From Candidatus Woesearchaeota archaeon (GTDB taxonomy: Archaea; Nanobdellota; Nanobdellia; Woesearchaeales; ARS49), in NCBI GenBank assembly GCA_003599055.1, contig QZIM01000023.1, positions 24,346-88,345 of the forward strand: 64,000 nt of DNA, given 5' to 3'. The translations under genes were made by a program, and so were the position numbers. The first letter of the stretch is position 1. Each line of letters starts with the position of its first letter. Below, one piece after another: positions 23,265 to 32,214 of the stretch. Under the pieces are notes generated by a model. That model made no database searches and was not told where the DNA came from. It worked only from the letters and a program-made list of their open reading frames with translations.

Positions 23265-24185
23265 ATGATAATTAGGCGATTAGTAAAGGCAGGACAGGCT
23301 TCGCATACGATTTCTTTACCAAAGGAGTGGCTCGACAAGCACAAGCTCAAGAAAGGCGATTTGGTCTATTTGCACGAGCGAAGTGATAAGGAGCTCATTA
23401 TCACGCCGGAAAGTAAGCCCGAGGAAGCGGCGCCGCAAAAGGAAATCACGATTATGGTGGACAATAAGGAGATGTCCACTATCGGACGGGAAATCACGAG
23501 TGCGTACATCAACAATTACAACACGATTATCCTCACGGGCGATTCGATGACGGATAAGACAAAGGATATTCGTAAGATGCTGCACGATTTTGTCGCGCTT
23601 GAGGTTGCAGACCAGACGGCAAAGAGCATTATTGCAAAGGACCTTTTGAATCTTAAGGAAATCAGCGTGGACAAGACTTTGCGAAGGATGGATATGCTCG
23701 TGCGAAGTATGATTCAGGACAGTGTGGCGACGATTGATGATGCCAATCTTGCGCAGTCGGTTGTCGTGCGTGACTACGAGGTCAACCGCGCGTATTTCCT
23801 CTTGTTGCGCCTTCTTAAGAGTGCGTTTACGAACAAGCAGGTAGCTGAGCTTTTTGAGCTTTCGCCGGAAAAGGTGCTGAGCTATTACTACCTGACCATC
23901 AACCTTGAGAACTTTGCTGACTGTGCAAAGCAGTTGGTCGAGTATTTGGCAAAGGAGAAGAAGAAGGACAAGATGAAGTCTGTCTTTGGCCGTGTCGAGA
24001 AGTCGTATCTTGATGTGATGAAGGCGTATTTCACAAAGGACCGCAAGCTTGCCGATGGTGTTGCGCTTGACCGCGAAAACCTCATTAAGGAAGCAGGAGA
24101 GCTTCCCGCTGGCGTCGCCGAACTGTTCCGAACGATGATTACGCTGACGAACAATGTGGCGCGATTGGTGATGGATGAGCAGTAA
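23265..24185 (+). CDS. PhoU-family regulator with N-terminal AbrB/SpoVT domain
   Basis: N-terminus RRLVKAGQASHTISLPKEWLDKHKLKKGDLVYL (AbrB-type), followed by two helical PhoU-like repeats. This is a typical archaeal architecture. GAGGTG SD. Confidence 0.75.
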   Translation: MIIRRLVKAGQASHTISLPKEWLDKHKLKKGDLVYLHERSDKELIITPESKPEEAAPQKEITIMVDNKEMSTIGREITSAYINNYNTIILTGDSMTDKTKDIRKMLHDFVALEVADQTAKSIIAKDLLNLKEISVDKTLRRMDMLVRSMIQDSVATIDDANLAQSVVVRDYEVNRAYFLLLRLLKSAFTNKQVAELFELSPEKVLSYYYLTINLENFADCAKQLVEYLAKEKKKDKMKSVFGRVEKSYLDVMKAYFTKDRKLADGVALDRENLIKEAGELPAGVAELFRTMITLTNNVARLVMDEQ

Positions 24186-24700
24186 TGTCCGAAATCCTTG
24201 ACATCGTTGATGCGAACGACCGGGTGATTGGTTCAGCAAAATCAAAGGACGTCTATGCGCAAAAATTGCTCCACCGCATTGTGCACGTTTTTGTAATTAA
24301 TCCTAAGACGAATCAGGTCTATTTCCAGAAGCGCGCGGAGTCAAAGTCCTATTTGCCGGGATTCTATTGCACTTCGGCAGGCGGGCACGTGCGCTCGGGC
24401 GAGTCTTATGAACAGGCGGCAAGGCGCGAGCTCAAGGAAGAGCTCGGTCTTGACATCCCCGTAAGGAAGGTTCACCGTACAAACTTCCTGCTTGACGGTC
24501 ACGACCGTTTTATCGAGCTTTTTGTCGCGTTTGCTGAGGGCGGAATCAGTTTTGCTGACGGCGAGGTTGCGGGCGGCGGGTTTTTATCTATGGATGATGC
24601 TCGGCAAGTCATAGAGAGAGGAGAGAAGGTTCACCCGCAGCTTGATGTGTGTTTTCGGTGGCTCAGTGCCAATAGGGCCGTTCTGTTTCCTGAGAACTGA
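24185..24700 (+). CDS. Nudix hydrolase
   Basis: Nudix box GGHVRSGESYEQAARRELKEELGL (GX5EX7REUXEEXGU). Confidence 0.8.
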   Translation: MSEILDIVDANDRVIGSAKSKDVYAQKLLHRIVHVFVINPKTNQVYFQKRAESKSYLPGFYCTSAGGHVRSGESYEQAARRELKEELGLDIPVRKVHRTNFLLDGHDRFIELFVAFAEGGISFADGEVAGGGFLSMDDARQVIERGEKVHPQLDVCFRWLSANRAVLFPEN

Positions 24701-24755
24701 TAACTGAATACTGACCGCTTGCTACAAGCCGCAAACTATCGACCGCTGCCCGCTA
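24690..24755 (+). repeat. phased heptanucleotide array in a convergent spacer
   Basis: ctgagaa/ctgataa/ctgaata/ctgaccg/cttgcta/caagccg/caaacta/tcgaccg/ctgcccg/cta. Supplies TGA (24698-24700) to the + gene and TAG (cta 24753-24755) to the - gene. Confidence 0.75.
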
Positions 24756-25088
24756 AATCGAGCTTCCTTTTGTGATGACGCTGATACGTTCTCCCGCTTG
24801 GTATTTTTGCAGTTCTTCTTTTGTCATGCGTCGAAGGCAGAGGAATCGCGGCTGTCCTGATGATTCAAAGCTTTGGGGGACGCGTTCGTTTGCGACTGCA
24901 ACAAAGCCTGATTTGAGCCACATGCGTTCTACTTTTTCCCTCTCTTCAAGTGTTCGGTAGAACGCGTAGGTGTGACCGCCCGGGCAGTTTGGCGTGTTGG
25001 TAAGTTGTCCCGTTATTGTATTGGCTGCAAGAAGGGAGATTGTGCAAATCAGAAGAATAAGAAAGATGAAAAGAAAAAAAGTGCGCAT
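24753..25088 (-). CDS. small secreted/membrane-anchored hypothetical protein
   Basis: 111 aa with N-terminal hydrophobic MRTFFLFIFLILLICTISLLA. Confidence 0.4.
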   Translation of the reverse strand: MRTFFLFIFLILLICTISLLAANTITGQLTNTPNCPGGHTYAFYRTLEEREKVERMWLKSGFVAVANERVPQSFESSGQPRFLCLRRMTKEELQKYQAGERISVITKGSSI

Positions 25089-25097
25089 TCGTCGGAT

Positions 25098-25586
25098 TTA
25101 TGGTCCGAGTCGGGGCGGGTTGGTCTGTGCTGCGCCGTACGGGTACTCTACAGGGTAGGCTCCGCCGTATTCGCCGCTGCCGACCGGAACGCCAAAGCCG
25201 CGACGGGTGTCAAGGCTCGTGTCTCCGCGGTCAAGGACTTGCGGGTTGATGCCGGGTTCGCCGACAACGGGGCTTCTGCAGCACCAGGTTGCATAGCTGT
25301 ATTCGTCAACTTGGCGTGCGCCTGCTGCAGGGACGCATTCGTATCCTGCGGCGAGCCAGCGTTGCAGGAATGCCTCATTTTCGTAAGGTCCTGCAAGGAC
25401 GGGGAACCATTGGGGTTCGCCGATGCGAGTAGATGTTGGGCAGACGTATTCTCCGTTGGTTGCGCTGGTAAAGACTGCTCCTGCGCTCTTCTTTGCTCCG
25501 GAGAACATAAGCACAAGTCCGATTACTGCGACAATCGCGATGATGCCGAGAATGACGAGTGCTATTCCACGGTGTTCTTCTTCCAT
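25098..25586 (-). CDS. membrane-anchored protein with class-III (type IV pilin-like) signal candidate
   Basis: Strong SD GAGGTGA 7 nt upstream. MEEEHRG|IALVILGIIAIVAVIGLVLMF has a short charged leader, R-G at -2/-1 and a 21-aa hydrophobic helix, as in archaeal prepilins. The C-terminal part is Cys/Gly/Pro-rich. Confidence 0.45.
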   Translation of the reverse strand: MEEEHRGIALVILGIIAIVAVIGLVLMFSGAKKSAGAVFTSATNGEYVCPTSTRIGEPQWFPVLAGPYENEAFLQRWLAAGYECVPAAGARQVDEYSYATWCCRSPVVGEPGINPQVLDRGDTSLDTRRGFGVPVGSGEYGGAYPVEYPYGAAQTNPPRLGP

Positions 25587-25684
25587 AACGTAATCACCTC
25601 ATTTATGAATCTGATGAAAGAGTTATGGGAGTGGTTATATTTAAAGGTTGCGACGGGAAATAGCAAAAGCAGTGAAGAGCAACT

Positions 25685-25740
25685 CTGATAACTGGCGTCT
25701 GATAACCGAAAACCAATTACCAACCACCAACTACCAACTA
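25685..25740 (+). repeat. phased heptanucleotide array
   Basis: ctgataa/ctggcgt/ctgataa/ccgaaaa/ccaatta/ccaacca/ccaacta/ccaacta. The last unit is the TAG stop of 25738..26121. Confidence 0.85.
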
Positions 25741-26121
25741 CTTCTTCTTGCGGAGTTTGGCAAAGCTTGCGCCGATGTCAATGACGTATTTGCCGTCTTC
25801 GAGCTTGAAGAGGACGGGCTGGTCTTGTTGGAAGAGTTTGACAATGTCAAGTTCGTATTGGCCGGGCTTGGTGACGCGAATGGTTTCAAAGTCAAGGACT
25901 ACGGGTGCGTCGTTCAGTTGGCTGCCGGCAAGTTCGCGGACGTCTTCTTCGATTTGTTTTTTTTGTTCGGGCTTGAGGTTGACAAGCGGGCTTTCTTTGG
26001 CTGCGGCGAGTTTTTCTTTTTTGATGAAGAAGAAGAGGCGTGCGCCGCACGTGCAGCCGGTGAGTATTTCTCGTGAGCCGTCTTCGTAAAAGGTGTTGCA
26101 GCGGACGCACTGGTGTGGCAT
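25738..26121 (-). CDS. Zn-ribbon protein of the conserved archaeal GTPase/small-protein/Zn-ribbon triad (OapC-like)
   Basis: CVRC..(14)..CTC Cys4-type N-terminal ribbon, then an acidic/basic linker and a beta-rich C-terminus. Gene order with 26262..26672 and 26676..27308 matches the triad I recall as oapABC in haloarchaea. Confidence 0.5.
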   Translation of the reverse strand: MPHQCVRCNTFYEDGSREILTGCTCGARLFFFIKKEKLAAAKESPLVNLKPEQKKQIEEDVRELAGSQLNDAPVVLDFETIRVTKPGQYELDIVKLFQQDQPVLFKLEDGKYVIDIGASFAKLRKKK

Positions 26122-26175
26122 AACGGGAGTGGGCGGGCTGAATGTTTTAAGTGTTTCTGTTATGCAGTATTATTT

Positions 26176-26266
26176 CTGATAACTGATAACTGACGTCTGA
26201 TAACTGATCTGAGAACCAATAATCAACCACTAACTACAAACCACCAACAACCAACTGCCGACTATC
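26176..26266 (+). repeat. phased heptanucleotide array (13 units)
   Basis: ctgataa/ctgataa/ctgacgt/ctgataa/ctgatct/gagaacc/aataatc/aaccact/aactaca/aaccacc/aacaacc/aactgcc/gactatc. Contains the TAG stop (cta 26262-26264) of the downstream minus-strand gene. Confidence 0.85.
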
Positions 26267-26672
26267 TTCTTTTTTTCTTGCCGGAGCTGCTTGCTGCTTT
26301 GCGTTGGGCTTCCTGTGTCAGGAGCTCAATTTTGGTGGGGTCTTGTCTGATGCCTTTGACGATGTTTGACGGTCCGATGATGGTGAGGCCTTGCGTGTCG
26401 CCAAGGAACACGCTCATAAGGTCGTATTTGAATTTGGTGAGGCCGTCGGTTGCGTGTTGTGCGGGGTTAATGACGCACAGTTCGATGCCGCGGAATTCTT
26501 TGTTGATTTCTTCCATTGTTGTCTTAATCAGTTCTGCTTCTTCTTCTTTGCGAAGACGTCCTTGAAGGAGAACAATTTTGTTCTGTTTGGCAATGTTGAG
26601 CAGCTTGCGGATGCGCCCGACTGAACTGAGCGGCTGGATTTCTGTATAAGGCATAAAGTGGAGGGTGACCAT
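26262..26672 (-). CDS. small conserved archaeal protein adjacent to the GTPase (OapB-like)
   Basis: 136 aa, 4 nt downstream of the GTPase gene, with a basic C-terminal tail. The call rests on the position in the triad, not on a motif. Confidence 0.45.
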   Translation of the reverse strand: MVTLHFMPYTEIQPLSSVGRIRKLLNIAKQNKIVLLQGRLRKEEEAELIKTTMEEINKEFRGIELCVINPAQHATDGLTKFKYDLMSVFLGDTQGLTIIGPSNIVKGIRQDPTKIELLTQEAQRKAASSSGKKKRR

Positions 26673-26675
26673 TGT

Positions 26676-27308
26676 TTACGCACCTGCGAGTTCAAACAGT
26701 TTGTTGTAGAACTCCTCCATATTTTTGCCGTATTTGGCGCTGATGCCGATGACCGGGTATTGGGGGAATGCTGCCTGGACGCGTTTGATGCTTGATTTTT
26801 TGAGGTCGGTTTTGTTCGCGACAACCATGACGGGAATGTTGCGCGCGGCAAGGTTGCCGATTATCGTGACGTTTACCTGTGAATACGGGTCTTCGGTGGC
26901 GTCAAGGACGACAAGGACCGTGTGTACTTCGTCGAGCCATTTGATGGAGTCGATGACTCCTTTGGTGGCTTCTTTTGCGCGTTTTTTTGCCTTGGTTGCG
27001 CCCATGCCTGATTTCATAAAGTCTTCGTAGTCGATTTTGGTGGCAATGCCGGGCGTGTCAACGAGGTTGAAGAGAAGTTCGCGTCCGTCTTTGTTTTTGA
27101 TGGTGATTTTTTCTTTGACTTGGATTTCGCGGGTTTCGTGTGCGACAGGGGACACGCTGCCCATTTCCTGGCCGAGCCAGTCAAGGCAGATTTTGTTTGC
27201 GAGCGTGGTTTTGCCGGAGTTGGGCGGCCCGTAGAGTCCGAGCTTGAAGTTTTGGCGCGGTGCGCGCTTGAACATTGAAGTGAAGAATCCTTTGATTTTT
27301 TTAATCAT
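26676..27308 (-). CDS. small P-loop GTPase (OapA-like)
   Basis: G1 GPPNSGKTT, G3 DTPG, G4 NKTD. The internal ATG 27308 (MIKKIKGFF...) is used, because the longer track ORF (to 27584) runs through the neighbouring gene and its promoter. Confidence 0.8.
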   Translation of the reverse strand: MIKKIKGFFTSMFKRAPRQNFKLGLYGPPNSGKTTLANKICLDWLGQEMGSVSPVAHETREIQVKEKITIKNKDGRELLFNLVDTPGIATKIDYEDFMKSGMGATKAKKRAKEATKGVIDSIKWLDEVHTVLVVLDATEDPYSQVNVTIIGNLAARNIPVMVVANKTDLKKSSIKRVQAAFPQYPVIGISAKYGKNMEEFYNKLFELAGA

Positions 27309-27411
27309 GTCCCAAAACCCTTTTTGGTTTTTGCGGAAGTGTGGGTATTTATAGTTTTCGAAGTTGGAAAAGCGAGAAGAAAAATGAAGAAAGAAAAAAT
27401 AAAGGAATTTT

Positions 27412-27642
27412 TTATCGGCCGCCGCGTGCCATTTTTGCACGGGAGATGTCGCCGTTCTTGTCAACGAAGTAAAGGTATCCGCTTTGCTTCTTGACGCCGA
27501 CCTTTGCGACTTTTTCTGCCTTTCCGGGCTTTCCCTTGCGGCCGCGTGCCATTTTTGCACGGGAGACGTCTCCTGCCTTGTCAACGAAGTAAAGATATCC
27601 GTCTGCTTTTTTGACTCCGACTTTTGCTACTTTTTCTGCCAT
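27412..27642 (-). CDS. 76-aa highly basic protein made of two tandem ~37-aa repeats
   Basis: AEKVAKVGVKKADGYLYFVDKAGDVSRAKMARG / AEKVAKVGVKKQSGYLYFVDKNGDISRAKMARG. A 25-nt exact DNA repeat lies at 27422-27446 and 27542-27566. GGAGGAAC SD. Confidence 0.6.
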   Translation of the reverse strand: MAEKVAKVGVKKADGYLYFVDKAGDVSRAKMARGRKGKPGKAEKVAKVGVKKQSGYLYFVDKNGDISRAKMARGGR

Positions 27643-27724
27643 TGTGGTTCCTCCATCTTTTTTGAGGTCCGGTCCCCCGTTCCCCGTCGATGATTACGAC
27701 GATAAGATGAGAATTCACGGCGAT

Positions 27725-27982
27725 TTATAAAGTTTTCTTTCTTCTCGTCGGGCGCGTGTTTTTTCCCGTCAATTTTTTGATGCGGGCGCGTTTGGCGCGC
27801 GGTGTTTTCTCGTCGGAAACAAACCAGGCGGGCTTAAGGAGCTTGCCGAGTTGTTGCGCGTTTTTGATGCCCTCTTGGTAGATGGTGAGTACTTCTTTTT
27901 TGGTGGGGAGGGGTTTGCGCTCAAGTTCTTTTGCGCGGGCGAGTGCTTCCGAAACGAGTTTGCTTTGTTTCCTCTTTTTCAT
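27725..27982 (-). CDS. small basic hypothetical protein
   Basis: MKKRKQSKLVSEALARAKEL...; K/R-rich termini. Internal ATG chosen, because the track start (28072) would sit 4 nt from the divergent herA-like start. Confidence 0.3.
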   Translation of the reverse strand: MKKRKQSKLVSEALARAKELERKPLPTKKEVLTIYQEGIKNAQQLGKLLKPAWFVSDEKTPRAKRARIKKLTGKNTRPTRRKKTL

Positions 27983-28076
27983 ACGGGCAGTAATGCCGTG
28001 CGCGATTATAAATCTTCTGGGATGGTTGTGCTGGAGTTGCGTAATCCATAAAAGCGCGGCATTCTGAATCAAATAA

Positions 28077-29585
28077 GTGGAAAAGGGATTGGTTATCGGC
28101 GGGGAGTTCGGGAGCGTTTTGGTGCGCCAGCGGAGCGGTCGTTCGCTTGAGCTTGGAGAGCTTCTCGTTGCGGAGTCAGAGCGGGGCAGGATGCTCGTGC
28201 AGGTGTTTGATTTGCTGTACGGCTCGCAGCTCTCTCAGCAAAATTTGGAGTTGGTGTCGGGGCTCAAGCTTGAGGAGGATGAGACGCTTGGGATTATGGA
28301 TGAGAAGCTTCGCGCGTATTTTCTTGCACGAATCAAGAGCCTTGCCTTGATGCAGGAAAACAAGGCGTATCCTGCGAAAGTTTTGCCTGCGTTTTTCTCC
28401 GGTGTTCGCGAGATTGAGGAGGCTGATGTGCGCGCGATTACGCAGCCGGAGCTTCCGCTTTTTTTGGGAAAGCTGCGCAGCGGGTCAAGGGTTTTGGATG
28501 TTCCGGTATCGATTCACGGAAAGGCCGCGCTCAGTCATCACGTGCTGATTGCCGGGACGACCGGGCGGGGCAAGAGCGTGTTTATGACGGGTTTGCTTTG
28601 GGACCAGATGGGGAAGGATTTTGCGGGGATGCTGGTGCTCGACCCGCACGATGAGTACGGGAAGCGGCTTGCAGCCCATCCGCTTGCGCAAAAGAACTTG
28701 GTGTACTACACGCCGAAGAATGCAAAGTCCGGCCAGCGGACGCTGAAGGTGAATGTCGGGCTGTTGCAGCCGCGCCATTTTGACGGCGTGTTTGACTGGA
28801 GTGATGCGCAAAGGCAGGCGCTTAATGCGTATTTTGCGGCGTTTCGGGAGCGTTGGGTTGAGGCAGTGCTGAAAGGTGAGCCGGTGCGGCAGGACCGGAA
28901 TGACTTTCACGAGGCGACGATTGCCGTGGTTCGGCGTTCGCTCGCGCAGGTCTTGCGTCTGGACGTGAGTGCGGAAGGGGAGATTTCGTCGCGGGGCGTG
29001 TTTGACCTGCACGCGGGCCAATCGACCGTGAGTGATATGGTGCGGGACCTTGAGGAGGGCAGGACGATTATTGTGGATACGAGCAGCTTTCAGGGGAATC
29101 TTGAGATTCTTGTCGGCAGCATTATTGCAACGACGATTCTTGACCGTCGGAAGTTCCGGGATTTGGAGCAAATCAAGAGCGGCCCGGTCATCAGTATTGT
29201 GGTTGAGGAGGCCCCGCGTGTGCTCGGAAAGGATGTGCTTGAGCGCGGCCCGAACATTTTTTCGACGATTGCGCGGGAGGGGCGAAAGTTTGGCGTGGGG
29301 CTTGTTGCAATCACGCAGCTGCCGAGTCTTATTCCGCGGGAGATTTTGGCAAACCTGAACACGAAAGTCATTTTGGGAATTGAGCTTCGTCCCGAGCGGA
29401 GTGCGGTGATTGAGAGTGCGAGCCAGGACTTGTCAAGTGATGACCGCCTGATTGCGAGTTTGGATAAGGGGGAGGCGGTTATTTCAAGTAATTTTCTGCC
29501 GTTCGCAATGCCGATTAAGGTGATAATGCCCAGCGCAAGGAAGGAGGAGGCAAGGACGGGCTTTTCGGGAGTGAAGTTGGGGTAA
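28077..29585 (+). CDS. herA: HerA-like (FtsK/HerA superfamily, DUF87-type) ATPase
   Basis: Walker [11 protein letters not shown], Walker [10 protein letters not shown], ~500 aa, N-terminal beta-barrel-like segment. Followed 1 nt later by mre11. Confidence 0.7.
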   Translation: MEKGLVIGGEFGSVLVRQRSGRSLELGELLVAESERGRMLVQVFDLLYGSQLSQQNLELVSGLKLEEDETLGIMDEKLRAYFLARIKSLALMQENKAYPAKVLPAFFSGVREIEEADVRAITQPELPLFLGKLRSGSRVLDVPVSIHGKAALSHHVLIAGTTGRGKSVFMTGLLWDQMGKDFAGMLVLDPHDEYGKRLAAHPLAQKNLVYYTPKNAKSGQRTLKVNVGLLQPRHFDGVFDWSDAQRQALNAYFAAFRERWVEAVLKGEPVRQDRNDFHEATIAVVRRSLAQVLRLDVSAEGEISSRGVFDLHAGQSTVSDMVRDLEEGRTIIVDTSSFQGNLEILVGSIIATTILDRRKFRDLEQIKSGPVISIVVEEAPRVLGKDVLERGPNIFSTIAREGRKFGVGLVAITQLPSLIPREILANLNTKVILGIELRPERSAVIESASQDLSSDDRLIASLDKGEAVISSNFLPFAMPIKVIMPSARKEEARTGFSGVKLG

Positions 29586-29586
29586 G

Positions 29587-30789
29587 ATGGTGAAGTTCGC
29601 GCATTTGTCTGATTGTCACATCGGCGGCTGGCGTGACCTGAAGTTGCGGGACCTCAATACGAAATCGTTTATTGCGGCGATGGACAAATGCATTGCAGAG
29701 AAGGTTGATTTTGTGCTGGTGAGCGGTGATTTGTTTAATACGGCGATTCCGGCGATTGACAGTTTGCGTATGGCGGTCGAGCAGTTGCGGCGGCTTAAGG
29801 ACGCGCATATTCCCGTCTACATCATCGCAGGCAGTCACGATTTTTCACCGAGCGGGAAGACGATGATTGATGTGCTTGAGCACGCGGGTCTTGTGACCGG
29901 TGTCGCGCGGGGAACGGAGATTCCCGACGGCCGGTTGCGTCTTGAGTTCACGCGCGACCAAAAGACAGGGATGAAAATCACCGGGATGATTGGGAAGAAG
30001 GGAGGTCTTGAGTCAGGGTATTATCACGTTCTTGCAAAGGAAAACCTTGAGGCAGAGCCGGGGCCGAAAGTGTTCCTTTTCCATAGCGCAATAGAAGAGC
30101 TCAAGCCAAAAGAGTTCGCGCAGGTGGAGGGGATGGCATTGAGTCTTTTGCCAAGGGGGTTCGACTATTATGCGGGAGGTCACGTGCACGTGGTGGACAG
30201 GCGCTCGATGGACGGCTATGAGAATATTGTGTATCCCGGCCCGATTTTTCCGAACAATTTTGCCGAGATTGAAAAGTTGAGGCACGGCTCGTTTGTATTG
30301 TGGACAGATGGAAAAATTGAGCACGTGCCGCTTGAGGTGTGCCCGGTGGTTTGTCTCTCTGTTGACGCGGAAGGTCTTGTGCCGAGCGCGGTTGAGGCAA
30401 AAATAAAGGAGGGGATAAGTGCGATTGTCCCAAATGCGCTTGTGACGCTTCGCGTGTCCGGCTGTCTTGCGCAAGGAAGACCAAGTGATATTGCGTGGAA
30501 TGACCTCTTGCACGACGCGTATCAGAAGGGGGCGTATGCGGTGCTGCGAAACACGATTGCGCTCACAAGTAAGGAGCTCGAGGTCGTTTCGGTAAAAGCG
30601 CAAAGTGTTGAGGAAGTGGAAGCTGCCCTGCTCGATGAGCACGATGGGCAGTTAAGGAAGGCGGGCGGGGATGCGAGGATTGCAAGAAAATTGATGCAGG
30701 TGTTGTCCGCGGAGAAAGAGGAGGGGGAGCGCGTAACTGATTTTGAGGCGCGGCTGTGCGGCGAGCTTGACGTTCTTCTGCAAAAGTGA
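29587..30789 (+). CDS. mre11: Mre11/SbcD-family DNA repair nuclease
   Basis: Calcineurin-like phosphoesterase motifs LSDCHIG, SGDLFN, AGSHD, GGHVH. 400 aa. Confidence 0.8.
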   Translation: MVKFAHLSDCHIGGWRDLKLRDLNTKSFIAAMDKCIAEKVDFVLVSGDLFNTAIPAIDSLRMAVEQLRRLKDAHIPVYIIAGSHDFSPSGKTMIDVLEHAGLVTGVARGTEIPDGRLRLEFTRDQKTGMKITGMIGKKGGLESGYYHVLAKENLEAEPGPKVFLFHSAIEELKPKEFAQVEGMALSLLPRGFDYYAGGHVHVVDRRSMDGYENIVYPGPIFPNNFAEIEKLRHGSFVLWTDGKIEHVPLEVCPVVCLSVDAEGLVPSAVEAKIKEGISAIVPNALVTLRVSGCLAQGRPSDIAWNDLLHDAYQKGAYAVLRNTIALTSKELEVVSVKAQSVEEVEAALLDEHDGQLRKAGGDARIARKLMQVLSAEKEEGERVTDFEARLCGELDVLLQK

Positions 30790-32214
30790 TTATTTCAGCA
30801 GGCTCGCAAGCAGTTCTTTCACGACATTCGGTGCTGCTTTGCCGCCGGTTGCTTTCATAACTTGTCCGACGAGGAACATAAGGGTTTTCTCGTTTCCTTT
30901 TTTGTAGTCGTCAACGGCTTTCGCGTTGTTCGCAATGGCCTCTTCGCACGCTTTTTTGAGCGCGCTTTCGTCTGCGACGACGCCGAGGTTTTGTTCGTCG
31001 ACGTATGCCGCGGGGCTGAATTTTTTCTCTGCGAGCAGGGCGATAATGTTTTGCCCGATGCGGTCCGTGATTTTTTTGGTTGAGAGGAGTTTGAAGAGTT
31101 CGGCAAGGTGGTGGGAGTCAAATTCGGTTTGCGTAAGCCCTATTTTTTTGTCGTTGAGGATGCGAAGGACTTCGCGGCGAATCCAGCGTGCGGAAAGGAT
31201 GGGGTCGCAGCCGTGTTTGGCGATGTCATCAAAGAGTGTGGCGACGTCAAGGTTTTGCGCAATAATCTTGGCATCTCCTGAATCGACGTTCCATTCTGTG
31301 CTCCAGCGTTTTGCGCGGTTTTCGGCAAGTTCGGGAAGGGTTGCCTGGACGGATTTGACCCAAGTCTCGCTGATGGTAAATGAGGGAAGGTCCGGTTCGG
31401 TGATGTAGCCGTAGTCTTCTTCGGATTCTTTGAGGCGCATATGGTAGGTGACGCCGCGTTCCGCGCTCCACCCGCGGGTTTCTTTGCGGACCTCCTCTTG
31501 TTTCTGCCGCTCAATTTCAAAGAGGAGCGCGCGGTAGATTTCCTTAAAGCCGGTGATGTTTTTGATTTCGACGCGCTGGTAGTTTTTCTCGGCAATGGAG
31601 ACGTTGACGTCTGCTTTAACGACGCAGGTGTTGAGGTCAAAGATGCCGAGGTAAGAGAGAATGCTTGCAAGTTTTTCCATAAATTCTTCTGCTTCTGCAG
31701 GTGAGCGCATATCGGGTTCGGTGACGATTTCGCAAAGGGGGATTCCGCTTCGGTTGTAGTCGATGAGGCAGTTGTTCTGTTCGTGGATGAGCGAGCCGGG
31801 GTCTTCTTCCATATGAACGCGCGTGATGCGGACAAGGCGCTCCTCGGGAAGGGCGGTTTTGTGCGCGGCATCGGCGGTTGCGCGTGCTTCCGTGAGGACG
31901 AGTTGTCCGTTTGTTCCAAGCGGTGTTTCGTGTTGGGTGATTTGGTAGTTTTTGGCGAGGTCAGGGTAGAAGTATGTTTTGCGTGAGAAGGTCACGTGCG
32001 GGGTTATCGTGCAGCCAAGGGCAAGGGCGAGTTTTGTTGCGAATTCAAGTGCGCGCGTGTTAAGGACTGGTTTGCTGCCGGGGTGTCCAAGGCAGGTTGG
32101 GCAGACTGCCGTGTTTGGTTCGGCGGCGTTTGTCGGGCAGCCGCAGAAGAGTTTTGTTTCTGTTTTGAGCTGCACGTGTACTTCGAGTCCGATTTTGACG
32201 TTATTTTTTGTCAT
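30790..32214 (-). CDS. gatB: Asp-tRNA(Asn)/Glu-tRNA(Gln) amidotransferase subunit B
   Basis: N-terminus IGLEVHVQLKTETKLFCGCPT and a C-terminal YqeY-like tail. 474 aa. Confidence 0.95.
   Translation of the reverse strand: MTKNNVKIGLEVHVQLKTETKLFCGCPTNAAEPNTAVCPTCLGHPGSKPVLNTRALEFATKLALALGCTITPHVTFSRKTYFYPDLAKNYQITQHETPLGTNGQLVLTEARATADAAHKTALPEERLVRITRVHMEEDPGSLIHEQNNCLIDYNRSGIPLCEIVTEPDMRSPAEAEEFMEKLASILSYLGIFDLNTCVVKADVNVSIAEKNYQRVEIKNITGFKEIYRALLFEIERQKQEEVRKETRGWSAERGVTYHMRLKESEEDYGYITEPDLPSFTISETWVKSVQATLPELAENRAKRWSTEWNVDSGDAKIIAQNLDVATLFDDIAKHGCDPILSARWIRREVLRILNDKKIGLTQTEFDSHHLAELFKLLSTKKITDRIGQNIIALLAEKKFSPAAYVDEQNLGVVADESALKKACEEAIANNAKAVDDYKKGNEKTLMFLVGQVMKATGGKAAPNVVKELLASLLK

Noticed and set aside
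24972-25688. 238-aa + strand ORF overlapping 25098..25586
   Set aside because: It is Cys-rich with odd composition and has no RBS. The minus-strand ORF has a strong GAGGTGA SD and a clean N-terminal TM helix.
26676-27584. Long N-terminal extensions in track ORFs (26676..27584, 32201..33691, 2628..5138, 56159..56860, 57736..58416, 39176..39832, 44739..46907, 54684..55061, 38611 start, 51285 start)
   Set aside because: The extensions overlap neighbouring genes or promoters and have odd composition. Internal ATG codons coincide with RBS-like sequences, ATGA couplings or family-typical N-termini.
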